Shown in pieces: positions 9,189 to 18,620 of a stretch of DNA of 64,000 nt (the first letter of the stretch is position 1; every line of letters begins with the position of its first letter). The translations under genes and the position numbers were made by a program. The notes under the pieces were generated by a model. The model ran no database searches and had not been told where the DNA came from. It saw only the letters and a list, made by a program, of their open reading frames with translations. Source of the DNA: an uncultured virus (IMG/VR IMGVR_UViG_3300017941_000006) (lineage: Duplodnaviria; Heunggongvirae; Uroviricota; Caudoviricetes); the IMG/VR virus record IMGVR_UViG_3300017941_000006; one strand, 5' to 3'.

Positions 9189-9222
9189 AAGCCAGGGGTT
9201 GTCTTGATCCTTGGCTTTTTCT
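9189..9222 (+). terminator. intrinsic terminator
   Basis: aagccagggg...tccttggctt hairpin followed by a T-run. Confidence 0.6.
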
Positions 9223-9273
9223 TCAAGGGACACATAAGCACATCATTATATAAATTAAAGTATAGGCAAATGT

Positions 9274-9579
9274 ATGTCAGTTGCTTTAGAGATAATCCGA
9301 AGGACAATTCAATCTGATCTGGATAGATTTAAAAAGGCAATCCAAGAAAAAGAATTAGAACATAAGAAACATCATGTCCATGATACGATAGATGATGTCA
9401 TGAAAAGAAACTTGGAAATGCAGGGCTATCCAGTAGACGATGTCATATCTCAAGATGAGGCTAAGTTCCAGTTAGATTATGATGCTCTTGAGAAGACGGA
9501 AGTGCCAAAGACTGAGTCTGGTGAACAACCCAAATCGGGAGCTGAAGTCTATGAAAAGTTCTTAGACTCAATGAAATAA
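9274..9579 (+). CDS. hypothetical head-associated protein
   Basis: 101-aa ORF directly upstream of the protease. Confidence 0.6.
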   Translation: MSVALEIIRRTIQSDLDRFKKAIQEKELEHKKHHVHDTIDDVMKRNLEMQGYPVDDVISQDEAKFQLDYDALEKTEVPKTESGEQPKSGAEVYEKFLDSMK

Positions 9580-9589
9580 AGGGAATTTT

Positions 9590-11137
9590 ATGGAAAAAGG
9601 CGGATGCGGAGCGATAGAGAGGGACTTTAGTTTTTGGATGCCTCTTGAAGTAGTTAAGGGGCAGAAGGGCGAAATGAGAATTGGAGGGATAGCTTCCGAT
9701 GAAGAGTCCCATGATCTCCAAGGTGAAAAAGTTTTTGTCGATGGTTTAGATACTTCATATTTGCTTCAAAGAGGTGCTTTTAATTGGGATCATCTAAAAG
9801 GCCCAGAAGATATACTTGGCGAGATTGATACTGTTCAAAAGCAAGAAAAGAAGCTTTATGTTGAAGGTTTTTTATATCCCAAAGTTAAGAAGGCCATTGA
9901 TGTATTCGATTTGATGCAATCTCTTAAAGAGTCTGGTAGTAATAGGAAGTTAGGGCTCTCCTTGGAAGGTAAAGTTAAAGAAAGAGATGAAAAAGATGCT
10001 AAGGTCATAAAAAAGGCCTGGATTAAGAACGTTGCCATAACATACAACCCAATTAATCAAGGTGCCTGGGTTGATATGATTAAATCGTTGGGAAACTTTA
10101 CTTTTGATAGTTGTGATAAAGACTGTTCCCGTTGTCCATTATGTGAAGCCAAAAAAGAAGTTAAATTGGAGCCGGTTAAGAAGGCAACAGCAACGCCTCC
10201 TTCTTTTATAGTTCAGGACGGTATCAAATACTATCCAAAAGATTTTGGTGAGTTAAAGAAAGCTGGCGAAGGTGGAACAAGTGGTTCCGGAGGAGCTGCT
10301 CCTGCACCGCCACAAAGTGGTGGTCTTGCTGCTGGACATGATAACCCGGCATCGTCCGGAGGGATTAGTGGTTCGGCTCTTAGGAGACAATCCTTAGATA
10401 AGAAAAAGAAAAAGACGACTTACGATGAAGAGCATGTAGGTCAGAAGGTTGAACCCGAGAAGTCCGAGACAGACAAGAAGAAAAAGAAAAAGATGACTAA
10501 GTCTGAAGTCTTTGAGTTTATTAAGTCTGAGGGAAATTCGGAGGATAGAGCTAATCTTCTTACTGATTTAGTATTTGCAATGATTGAAGTTGCACCGATC
10601 TTAGCAAAATCCAGCGAAGGAGCCAAGAAAGCTTGGATAACCAGACGTAAAGGTTTGATTTCTCTTGCTCAGCAAAAGAAAAAGAAGAAAGACCCAAGAG
10701 ATACCCCTGAATTTTGGGAAGAACGATACGGAAAGAAGAAAAAGGGTGCTGATGTTAGAACAACTGGAAAGGGAGTAACTCCAAGTCCTATTTTAAGTGT
10801 TAAAGAAAAGGAAGATTGGAAGAGGCATTCAAAGATGCCTAAGAAAGTACAGAAGGAAGCACCTAAAGAACTTGCTCCGACAGGGACAGCCAAACTTGTT
10901 GCTCATGAAATTCATAGAATAACTTCCATGTCTGATAAGGCCTTACTTAATCGAGCTACCAAGATTACCGATCCTAATAAAATGAAGAACTTTTATCTTG
11001 CTGCAAAGTTGAAAGGAAAAGGCGATTTAGCCGGAGCAATAATTACTGCCGGTGGGAGAATTGGTATTAACCCGCATGAATTTGGTACTAATGCCAAAGA
11101 AACTACTAAAGAATTCCGAAGACAACTGTCGGCGTAG
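9590..11137 (+). CDS. prohead (capsid maturation) protease with long basic C-terminal extension
   Basis: IGGIASDE..DLQGE, FNWDH, LYVEGFLY, LGLSLEG, NVAITYNPIN (HK97/SPO1-type protease motifs); position upstream of scaffold and MCP. Confidence 0.88.
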   Translation: MEKGGCGAIERDFSFWMPLEVVKGQKGEMRIGGIASDEESHDLQGEKVFVDGLDTSYLLQRGAFNWDHLKGPEDILGEIDTVQKQEKKLYVEGFLYPKVKKAIDVFDLMQSLKESGSNRKLGLSLEGKVKERDEKDAKVIKKAWIKNVAITYNPINQGAWVDMIKSLGNFTFDSCDKDCSRCPLCEAKKEVKLEPVKKATATPPSFIVQDGIKYYPKDFGELKKAGEGGTSGSGGAAPAPPQSGGLAAGHDNPASSGGISGSALRRQSLDKKKKKTTYDEEHVGQKVEPEKSETDKKKKKKMTKSEVFEFIKSEGNSEDRANLLTDLVFAMIEVAPILAKSSEGAKKAWITRRKGLISLAQQKKKKKDPRDTPEFWEERYGKKKKGADVRTTGKGVTPSPILSVKEKEDWKRHSKMPKKVQKEAPKELAPTGTAKLVAHEIHRITSMSDKALLNRATKITDPNKMKNFYLAAKLKGKGDLAGAIITAGGRIGINPHEFGTNAKETTKEFRRQLSA

Positions 11138-11146
11138 GAGATAACA

Positions 11147-11350
11147 ATGAAGCGAGACGAAGCAATAGCTTATTTAAGAGGCCAGAATTATTCAAGAAGA
11201 TTAAGTGCTAAGTTAGCTGATATTGCTTTGCTTCGTAAGACAAATAGTATTTTTGCTGATGCTATTAAGTCGGCACTTGAGAAGGCTAAGCCTAAGAAAA
11301 AAGGAAAAAAGATTAAAGGCCAGGATAAACAAGGTAATTTAGGATGTTAA
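11147..11350 (+). CDS. small basic protein, probable internal head protein
   Basis: Lys-rich; contains AIKS and LEKA motifs; SD aggag. Confidence 0.55.
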   Translation: MKRDEAIAYLRGQNYSRRLSAKLADIALLRKTNSIFADAIKSALEKAKPKKKGKKIKGQDKQGNLGC

Positions 11351-11616
11351 CCGAACAAGATAAGGTAAACATTGAATTTGTAAATAAGTATTTCGAGAAA
11401 GCTGGGGTTCCTAAAGGACTCAGAAAGTGGGTAGGGGAACATGGGTTTAATGAGTGCGTTGCTAAGCTCTCCGGCAAAAGAGGTATTGATAGTGCAAAGG
11501 CTGTTTGTGGTAGTTTGAAAGGCAAAGCAAGAGAAGCCGGAGAACTAAAACCCAAACATATGGGGCGGATCGAGAAGCAGAAATATTTAAAACGAAAAAA
11601 GACTAAAAAGAGTTAG
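11344..11616 (+). CDS. small basic protein, probable internal head protein
   Basis: FNECVAK...AKAVCGSLK; Lys-rich tail. Confidence 0.55.
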   Translation: MLTEQDKVNIEFVNKYFEKAGVPKGLRKWVGEHGFNECVAKLSGKRGIDSAKAVCGSLKGKAREAGELKPKHMGRIEKQKYLKRKKTKKS

Positions 11617-11668
11617 ACGTATATATAGACGTGAGGATACAGTCCAAAAAAGGCGGTGTTATAAAAGA

Positions 11669-12364
11669 ATGGCAAAAGAAGAAGAAAAGAAAGAAGAAAA
11701 AAAGGAAGATTTGAAAAAGGTCGATGAGAAGATTGAAAAGAAAGAGCCCGAGATCACTGAGGACGAACTTAAGAAATCTCTCAAAGACTTAACTGACATT
11801 ATCAAGGCTGGACGTGCTCCCGTAGTTACCGAAGAAGAGGAAGAGGACGAAGACGAGGAAGAACTTGAAGAATCCTTTACCGGAAACTTTGAAGAAAACG
11901 AGACCATTGCGAAAGCTATTGAAGTGTCTGACTTCCTTGCCGATCTCGTAGAACAGACAGAGACATCTCTGGAAGCTGTTGGAAAATTGGTTAAATCACT
12001 TCAAAAATCTGAGGAAGTTTTCGATCAGAAGTTCGTTGATGCCCTTGGAAATATTTCCAAGAAATTTGACGACATGGATGCTCGTCTAAAGAAAATTGAA
12101 GATACACCAGTTGCCGCAGGACCAAAGACAATTCAGAAGTCGGTTCAGAAGATCGAAAAATCATTTACGGCTTCCGGGAAAGAGGTTGAAGGAACAGATG
12201 AGTTAGCCGCTTTACCGAAGAGACAGGTCATGGCCCTTTTGGAGAAAGCAGTTGCAGATAACAAGATCAAAGATTCAACGTTATTTGCTTACGAAGGATC
12301 GCCTGGCGTGTTTAAATTTAATAGTGAGGACGAAGAAATCCTCAAGTCCTATATCAAGAAGTAA
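11669..12364 (+). CDS. capsid scaffolding protein
   Basis: Acidic coiled-coil protein between protease and MCP with many phi-x-K-(S/A) motifs. Confidence 0.75.
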   Translation: MAKEEEKKEEKKEDLKKVDEKIEKKEPEITEDELKKSLKDLTDIIKAGRAPVVTEEEEEDEDEEELEESFTGNFEENETIAKAIEVSDFLADLVEQTETSLEAVGKLVKSLQKSEEVFDQKFVDALGNISKKFDDMDARLKKIEDTPVAAGPKTIQKSVQKIEKSFTASGKEVEGTDELAALPKRQVMALLEKAVADNKIKDSTLFAYEGSPGVFKFNSEDEEILKSYIKK

Positions 12365-12377
12365 AATAGGATTCTCT

Positions 12378-12405
12378 CACAGGGTTTTAACAACCTGTGT
12401 TTTTT
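12378..12405 (+). terminator. hairpin + T-run between scaffold and MCP
   Basis: cacagg...cctgtg followed by tttttt. Confidence 0.45.
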
Positions 12406-12461
12406 AGATTCAAAATTTTTGAAATACGGATACTTCCAAAAAAGGCAGGTGTAATAAAATA

Positions 12462-13874
12462 ATGATCTCAATGAAGGACTACGAGCAGACTGATGGTTTT
12501 GGGATGGCTACCTGGGAAGAAGTTGCAGAGTTGAACAAGGCTCTTGCTGCGGGCTATGATATTCCTGCTACGTCAGGAGGTATCAGCGGTTCCGCTTTAA
12601 GGGTTGAGTCACTTGAATCTTCTTTGAAGGTGATCACTTACCAAATGCAACACATTAAGTTCTGGCAGAAGATCCCCAAATTGCCTGCTTATAGTACCGT
12701 TGAAGAGTACAACCAGTTGACTTCTTATGGTTCAGAAGCTGGTGCGTTTACTCCTGAAGGAGAACTTGGTGAATTCGATGATGCTACTTATCAAAGAAAG
12801 GTTTCATTAGTGAAATACCTCCAAACCGTTCGAAAAGTTACCCATCCGTTAACATTGGTTAGGGCAGCTCACGGCGACGTTGTAGGAAATGAAATCCGAA
12901 ATGGTATCATGTGGTTAATCGGAAAAATCGAGAACTACCTATTCTGGGGAAACAGCAAGCTGAGACCTACGGGTGCAGAGGGTTATGAGTGGGATGGAAT
13001 CAATATTTTGATTGATCCCTCTATGGTGATTGATGCTAAGGGAGAACCCCTTGGAGAAGACATCTTAGAAAGCGCTTCTAACACTATTGTTGAAAACTAC
13101 GGTTTTCCAACTGATATCTTTATAGGTACAAGGCCGTTGGCGGATTTAGCTAAAGTAATGTTCCCTAAAGAAAGGATAGTTGTTCCTTACAAGGAAGGTC
13201 AAGTTGGTGTGCCTTTAAATACCTTCGCTTCACAGGCTGGTATTTTGGCATTCAATCCTGACGTTTTCTTGAAGAAGAAGGCTTGTCCTGTTGCTGCCAC
13301 TTCAGGCAAAGCACCTACCGCACCCTCAAGTGTTACTATAGCACAGCGAGCAACTACAGGGCTGGGAGGCGATTGGACGAAGACTGGCAACGCTTATGGA
13401 ACTTACTACTATGTTGCAACATACGGAAACAGATTCGGAGAATCAGCTCCATGTGGTGTTCAGCACAATGCAAATGCTGCAATCACAGCCGATACTGATG
13501 AGATTACTGTAGCAGTTATGACAACTACCTATTCGATTGCTCCCGATTACGTGAACATCTATAGGTCAGTTGCCAATGATGCAACTGGTACAAGATATCT
13601 TGTTTATTCAGGCCCGGTTGATGATCCCGGAACAAGCACGACCGGTAAAGCATGGGTTGATGTGAACGCTATCTGTGCTAATTGCCATAAAGTATTCTTG
13701 GGCGAGTTAACTCCTCAAGTTATTGCTTTTAAACAGTTAGCCCCTATGATGAAGATGGATTTGGCGGTTGTTGAGCCAAGTGTCCGTTGGTTACAATTAC
13801 TCTATGGAGTACCTCAAATATATGCTCCTAAAAAGTGGATTATAATCAAGAACATTGGTGAAGCTTCTGTTTAA
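12462..13874 (+). CDS. major capsid protein (SPO1/Twort-like)
   Basis: ELNKA|LAAGY...GSALRVESL N-terminus, STVEEYNQ, IENYLFWG, EWDG, Ig-like insertion (YYYVATYGNRFGESAP), LAPMMKMDLA, WLQLLYG..APKKW..IKNI. Confidence 0.92.
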   Translation: MISMKDYEQTDGFGMATWEEVAELNKALAAGYDIPATSGGISGSALRVESLESSLKVITYQMQHIKFWQKIPKLPAYSTVEEYNQLTSYGSEAGAFTPEGELGEFDDATYQRKVSLVKYLQTVRKVTHPLTLVRAAHGDVVGNEIRNGIMWLIGKIENYLFWGNSKLRPTGAEGYEWDGINILIDPSMVIDAKGEPLGEDILESASNTIVENYGFPTDIFIGTRPLADLAKVMFPKERIVVPYKEGQVGVPLNTFASQAGILAFNPDVFLKKKACPVAATSGKAPTAPSSVTIAQRATTGLGGDWTKTGNAYGTYYYVATYGNRFGESAPCGVQHNANAAITADTDEITVAVMTTTYSIAPDYVNIYRSVANDATGTRYLVYSGPVDDPGTSTTGKAWVDVNAICANCHKVFLGELTPQVIAFKQLAPMMKMDLAVVEPSVRWLQLLYGVPQIYAPKKWIIIKNIGEASV

Positions 13875-13891
13875 TTCCAAAAGTGAATGAA

Positions 13892-13948
13892 AGAAGGGGG
13901 AATGATATCCCATCGGATCAATGTGTATTCCCCCTTCTATTTTTTTTT
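13892..13948 (+). terminator. intrinsic terminator after MCP
   Basis: Perfect 12-bp stem agaagggggaat/attcccccttct, then a 9-T run. Confidence 0.8.
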
Positions 13949-13999
13949 CTCAATAGAACCGAGAATTACTACTTGACTTAAAAGGAGGTTAGAAAAATT

Positions 14000-14557
14000 A
14001 TGGCAGCTATTACTTTTACCTTATTGGATGATTGGTTGATAGCAAATGGGTGGGCAGCAACACCTGCCGCAGCCGTTCAGGTAATGATCAATCGAATGAC
14101 CGCTGCATTTCCGACCGTTGCTCTTGATGTTGGTCTGATCCAGATGCTTTCTAAGACATTCACAGATCTTCAAGCGGTGGTTAAGGGAGTATATGAAGCA
14201 GGTGATGTAACTATTCCACCTTCAGTAGCTCATATCGATGCCTGGATTTTGGCAAACAGACCTGATTTGGTTGGGCTTGATGCGATGTTTGAAGGCCTAA
14301 TCCGAACAGATCTTTATGCTTTGATCCCAGCAATACCCGCTGCAGAGTCTTCTCCAAACGGAACTTCAACAACTTGGAGTTCAGAGCAGAGATACCTTGA
14401 AGTTGTGACATTGCTTCTGGAAAAGGTTATTTGGTACACGAGACATTTCGTGACAGTAGCTCAAACCTATCCAGCAGATAGCATGAACGCTGGATTGATG
14501 TTGACACCGCCATTCCCGCCATCAAGTATTCCGGGAGTGTCTGAATTTTATTGGTAA
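14000..14557 (+). CDS. hypothetical protein (possible virion protein)
   Basis: Strong SD aaggaggt; follows MCP. Confidence 0.65.
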   Translation: MAAITFTLLDDWLIANGWAATPAAAVQVMINRMTAAFPTVALDVGLIQMLSKTFTDLQAVVKGVYEAGDVTIPPSVAHIDAWILANRPDLVGLDAMFEGLIRTDLYALIPAIPAAESSPNGTSTTWSSEQRYLEVVTLLLEKVIWYTRHFVTVAQTYPADSMNAGLMLTPPFPPSSIPGVSEFYW

Positions 14558-14573
14558 CAGTTGGTTCTGAAAA

Positions 14574-14834
14574 ATGCCGATTTACGAATTCACGTGTTCA
14601 AAAGATAACTTGGTAAAGGAGGAGATACGAAGGCTCGGGGATGTTTCTCCTCCTAAGTGTCCTGTTTGTGCGTGTGATATGGAGAGGGTCATATCCGGAA
14701 CGATTGTTATAGATAAGACAAAAATTCCGGAGAAACTGAAAAAGCGATCTGAGGAACAAGGGAAGAAATTCTTTAGAAGGTATCCTCAATATCAACAGCT
14801 TGTAACTAAAACATTAAATACTGGAAGGAGATAA
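14574..14834 (+). CDS. FmdB-family zinc ribbon protein
   Basis: MPIYEFTC...CPVC...MERVIS. Confidence 0.7.
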   Translation: MPIYEFTCSKDNLVKEEIRRLGDVSPPKCPVCACDMERVISGTIVIDKTKIPEKLKKRSEEQGKKFFRRYPQYQQLVTKTLNTGRR

Positions 14835-14838
14835 AATC

Positions 14839-15120
14839 ATGGCAGAAGATGTGAAAATTAGACTATTAGGTGTTAAGAAAACGACTCCAACGGAGTTTTA
14901 CTTTCCTTGGATGAGAAAGAAAGTTTCGTTTGACAAAGACGGCTTTGCTCAAGTTCCTATTTTTGCGGCAGAGAGAATAAAAAAAGAAGCCCCAGATAAT
15001 TATGAGTATCCAGTAGTTCACGTGGATACTGCTCCGCAAAAGAAGCAAGCAAAGGAAGTTAAGGAAGTGCCTTTGGAAGATAAGACAAAGGAGCAAGCAT
15101 TTGTTGAAGCAATAAAATAA
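14839..15120 (+). CDS. hypothetical protein
   Basis: SD aaggag; 93 aa. Confidence 0.6.
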   Translation: MAEDVKIRLLGVKKTTPTEFYFPWMRKKVSFDKDGFAQVPIFAAERIKKEAPDNYEYPVVHVDTAPQKKQAKEVKEVPLEDKTKEQAFVEAIK

Positions 15121-15142
15121 TTTTTAGGAGGTCAAGATCGAC

Positions 15143-15838
15143 ATGATCACTAACGTATTAGAACGTTCAAGCGACTGTCCTCTCGGTGACGAGTTTAACA
15201 TTCCTGATATAGTTGGAGCTTTGCAGAAGAAACAATGGCTTTTCGGAGCCAGAGTAGCTGATGTTGGAGCTATAACTTATCTGACATTGTCCGGAGGTAT
15301 CGTTAAAAGACTTTATGGGAACGTCCAAATTTTAGCCCAAAAGCTAAATGTTGCCCCCAGTAATAAAACCTTTGCTTCCGCTAAGGGAACAAATGGTTTT
15401 ACCTTGAATGGGGATTCTGGTGGAGCTTACAGCATTGTTATTCTTGGAACAGAACCTGCTACTGATCCGCCAGGTGGAAAATGGGCTAAAGATTATTGCC
15501 CATTTTGTAAGTCTCAAGGGTATCCAGCTATTCTTGGATCGTCTCTCAAGGAACAGGTAGCATTTGCTTTTTTGCATACTTTAGGAAGTGGTGCAGATGT
15601 AATTAGCTTTGCTACAGATACAAAACCTTACACTATGTTAGGATTACCCAGAGGCCTTAAGAAAGCGTCTTTAGTTACTCAGATGGCCGATGATGATTAT
15701 CAGATTATCATTACCAAAGTCTCGGATGATGGAACAACTGCTCCGTATCCAACTTTGATAACACCAACTGGGTTTACCTTGAATGGAGATCAAAACTCAC
15801 TTTATGATATTTTCATTCTTGGGTCAATACTCTACTAA
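15143..15838 (+). CDS. putative virion decoration protein with two internal repeats
   Basis: GFTLNGD..Y.I.ILG occurs twice; paralogous to 15850-16215. Confidence 0.6.
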   Translation: MITNVLERSSDCPLGDEFNIPDIVGALQKKQWLFGARVADVGAITYLTLSGGIVKRLYGNVQILAQKLNVAPSNKTFASAKGTNGFTLNGDSGGAYSIVILGTEPATDPPGGKWAKDYCPFCKSQGYPAILGSSLKEQVAFAFLHTLGSGADVISFATDTKPYTMLGLPRGLKKASLVTQMADDDYQIIITKVSDDGTTAPYPTLITPTGFTLNGDQNSLYDIFILGSILY

Positions 15839-15849
15839 GGAGGATTCAA

Positions 15850-16215
15850 ATGCCGAACAAAAGATGGATTAAAGATTATTGTCCATTTGCCAAAGATCAG
15901 GGATTCATGTCCATAGTAGGAGACGTGGCCCCGGGTGAAACTGTTTTTGGTTTTACTATCCCGGCTGCTTTGATGACTGCTAATACAGGTATAGCGTTAA
16001 CATTTGCTCAATTAACATCCGGTTATGGAATGGGAAGCATCAGTAAAGTCACCCAGATGAAAGATGCAGTCTGGCGAGCAATGTGTTCTGCTGTAACTTC
16101 TGGTTCTGAAATCCTACTTCCAAAGATTTATGCTAAGACCAAAGTAGGATTTACCATCAAAGCAGATGCAAGCAAGGATTATGACGTTGTAATTATTGGA
16201 AGAATTCTCTACTAA
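15850..16215 (+). CDS. putative virion decoration protein, paralog of the upstream gene's C-terminal half
   Basis: Shares W.KDYCPF.K.QG, VTQM.D, GFT...YD..I.G.ILY. Confidence 0.6.
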   Translation: MPNKRWIKDYCPFAKDQGFMSIVGDVAPGETVFGFTIPAALMTANTGIALTFAQLTSGYGMGSISKVTQMKDAVWRAMCSAVTSGSEILLPKIYAKTKVGFTIKADASKDYDVVIIGRILY

Positions 16216-16224
16216 GGGGTTCCC

Positions 16225-16539
16225 ATGGCAAAAAAAATACGAATGGTTTATGATGCAATGGGCTCCCCTATTCAGGGAGCCCTTCATCCAGTTGGAACAG
16301 ATGTAAAAACTATATCCGCTTCACCAAATAAGACAACCGCTGGTTTTTTAGATGGTTATGAGGTTGTCGAACTTTTTGCTACAGTGGCTTGTTTCATTAG
16401 ATTCAGTACCGGGGAAGATGCCACAGTTAGCGATATGCCTTTCCCAGCTAATATTGTTAAAAGATATTCGCTTAAGGGAGCCACTTATATAGGCGTTATA
16501 GGTACGTCCGGTTCTCTTTATGTAACCAAGTTTGATTAA
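16225..16539 (+). CDS. hypothetical protein (possible virion protein)
   Basis: 104-aa beta-rich ORF in the same operon. Confidence 0.55.
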   Translation: MAKKIRMVYDAMGSPIQGALHPVGTDVKTISASPNKTTAGFLDGYEVVELFATVACFIRFSTGEDATVSDMPFPANIVKRYSLKGATYIGVIGTSGSLYVTKFD

Positions 16540-16580
16540 TTGTTGACAATTTGTTGTCGCTTGAAATTGAAAGGTGAAAC

Positions 16581-18620
16581 ATGAGAAGGCAAGCGAATCA
16601 CATTCCGTTTGCAAGTAAAAGTCTCTCTTCTTTTAAAAGCCAGCCTATTCAACAAAGAACTCCTAAAAATGTTATTCCAGCTATTCTTATAAGTCGTCAA
16701 ACCGGGGGCATAGGCGACATGCTTATGATCACCCCTTCAATCAAAGCAATCAAAGAAGCCAATCCAGATACCCCTATCATCCTTAGCACCTCTTCTGCAT
16801 ATGGTGGAGGAAGAGGTGTTCTCATCGACATCTTGAAATACAATCCCTATATTGATAAGGTCATATCTGTTGATAAGATTGAAGAATATGACTTTAAAAA
16901 GACCTATGATTTTGGATCGGGGCGAGAAGTTGCAATAGAAGCACGAACTAATGAGAATAGAATAGACATATTTGCCAGACTTGCTGAACTTGAGCTTAAA
17001 GATAAACAGACGATTTATGTTGTATCCGAAAGTGAAAAGCAATGGGCAAAGAAATGGATCACAGATCGAATTCCTCCGGAGAGAAGGAAACTTATAGGTA
17101 TCCAGGTTCATACAACAACAGCCAAGCGTAATTGGCCTGAAGAAAAATCTCTTCTTTTAGCTTTTCAGATTGCTAATACTTGGAAGGATACTTCTATTCT
17201 TCTTTTTTATGAGGGATTAACAGAAATCAAATCTTCGACCTATGTTAATATCTATCCGATAGTCAGATTGCCTATTCGATGGGTTGCAGCTTTAATTAAT
17301 GAATGTGAAATTTTTGTTTCCCCAGATAGCGGGTTATTGCATATAGCTGGGGCTCTTAAAAAGAAAACATTAGGAATATTTGGTTCTATCAAACCCGAGT
17401 CCAGGTTATCTTACTATCCAAACGCTCAGGGAGTGTATTTGTATTATCCATGCAGCCCTTGTTGGTATAAGACTTGTGAAAATCACTACGAATGTTTAAG
17501 AAATATAGATACGAATCTCGTTTTAAACCGTGTTGAGAAGTTTCTCGGCAAACCCATTGCTCAGGATAAAACAATAGTTCTTCCTAAAAAACTCAAAAAG
17601 ACTAAGAAAAGTAAGGAACGTGTTCTTGTTATAAGAATGGGAGGAATGGGGGACATTGCTTGTCTATCTTCTTCCCTTAAAACCTTCAAAAAAGAAAATA
17701 AGGATAGCATTGTTGACTTGGCAACAATGCCGGAGAATGTTCATATACTCAAAGGGGTTTCATTTCTCGATGATGTCTTTTCTTTAAATGATATCCCAAA
17801 GAAGGTTCCTTATGATAGGACATTTGATTTAAGATATGGTGCGGAGGGTGAAAGAATAGGGGAAGGTAAATTGCTTTGGAATATCTATATGACCCAAGAT
17901 CGATCAGACATTTTTGATAGTCTAATGGGTGTCAAAGGGGAAAAAGAATTTGAAGTTGTAGTAGATGCAGACGCCCTTAAAACAATGAAGAAAAGAATAA
18001 AATCATTGAAAGGGAGGATAGTTCTTATTAATCCGACAACAAAAGGAGACGTAAGAGCAATTCCGGTGGAGTACATCGAGCCTCTGTGCGAGATGATTTT
18101 AGGTATTCCCAGTGAGCAGGAAAAGTCTGGTGATCTTCCTCTAAGGGAAGAGCTTAAGAAACCACGTGAGAAACTTTCAATTATTATAGCTGGTACAGAT
18201 ATGGGATGGGGAGATTATATAAGAAACCAAGAGCTTAAAGAAGATAAACGAATTCTCAATCTTTTGGGAAAGACATCCGTTCAGGAAATTGTAGCTTTGG
18301 TAAACCTTTCGGATATTGTTATTTGCCCGGATGCTGGACTTATGCACATAGCCGGAGCTCTTAAAGTTAATTGCGTAGCGATTTTTGGTAACATCGATCC
18401 TCAAACCAGAGTTAAATACTATCCTTCCGTTTTTCCATTGTATCCCAAGGGTGAATTTCCTTGTATTCCTTGTGGTGACATTCCGGCTGTAGCCGCTGAT
18501 TGTAAAAAGAGAGTTAGACCAACACACACCCCCGGGGCTGCTTGCATGAAATTGATCACTCCTGGGAGAATTTACGAAGCTGCCAAGGAGGTTTTAAATA
18601 TCAAAGATGGAAGACGTTAA
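16581..18620 (+). CDS. tandem double GT9-family (heptosyltransferase-like) glycosyltransferase
   Basis: Two copies of GG(I/M)GD...PD(S/A)GL(L/M)HIAGAL....(G/A)IFG with C-terminal Cys clusters. Confidence 0.85.
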   Translation: MRRQANHIPFASKSLSSFKSQPIQQRTPKNVIPAILISRQTGGIGDMLMITPSIKAIKEANPDTPIILSTSSAYGGGRGVLIDILKYNPYIDKVISVDKIEEYDFKKTYDFGSGREVAIEARTNENRIDIFARLAELELKDKQTIYVVSESEKQWAKKWITDRIPPERRKLIGIQVHTTTAKRNWPEEKSLLLAFQIANTWKDTSILLFYEGLTEIKSSTYVNIYPIVRLPIRWVAALINECEIFVSPDSGLLHIAGALKKKTLGIFGSIKPESRLSYYPNAQGVYLYYPCSPCWYKTCENHYECLRNIDTNLVLNRVEKFLGKPIAQDKTIVLPKKLKKTKKSKERVLVIRMGGMGDIACLSSSLKTFKKENKDSIVDLATMPENVHILKGVSFLDDVFSLNDIPKKVPYDRTFDLRYGAEGERIGEGKLLWNIYMTQDRSDIFDSLMGVKGEKEFEVVVDADALKTMKKRIKSLKGRIVLINPTTKGDVRAIPVEYIEPLCEMILGIPSEQEKSGDLPLREELKKPREKLSIIIAGTDMGWGDYIRNQELKEDKRILNLLGKTSVQEIVALVNLSDIVICPDAGLMHIAGALKVNCVAIFGNIDPQTRVKYYPSVFPLYPKGEFPCIPCGDIPAVAADCKKRVRPTHTPGAACMKLITPGRIYEAAKEVLNIKDGRR

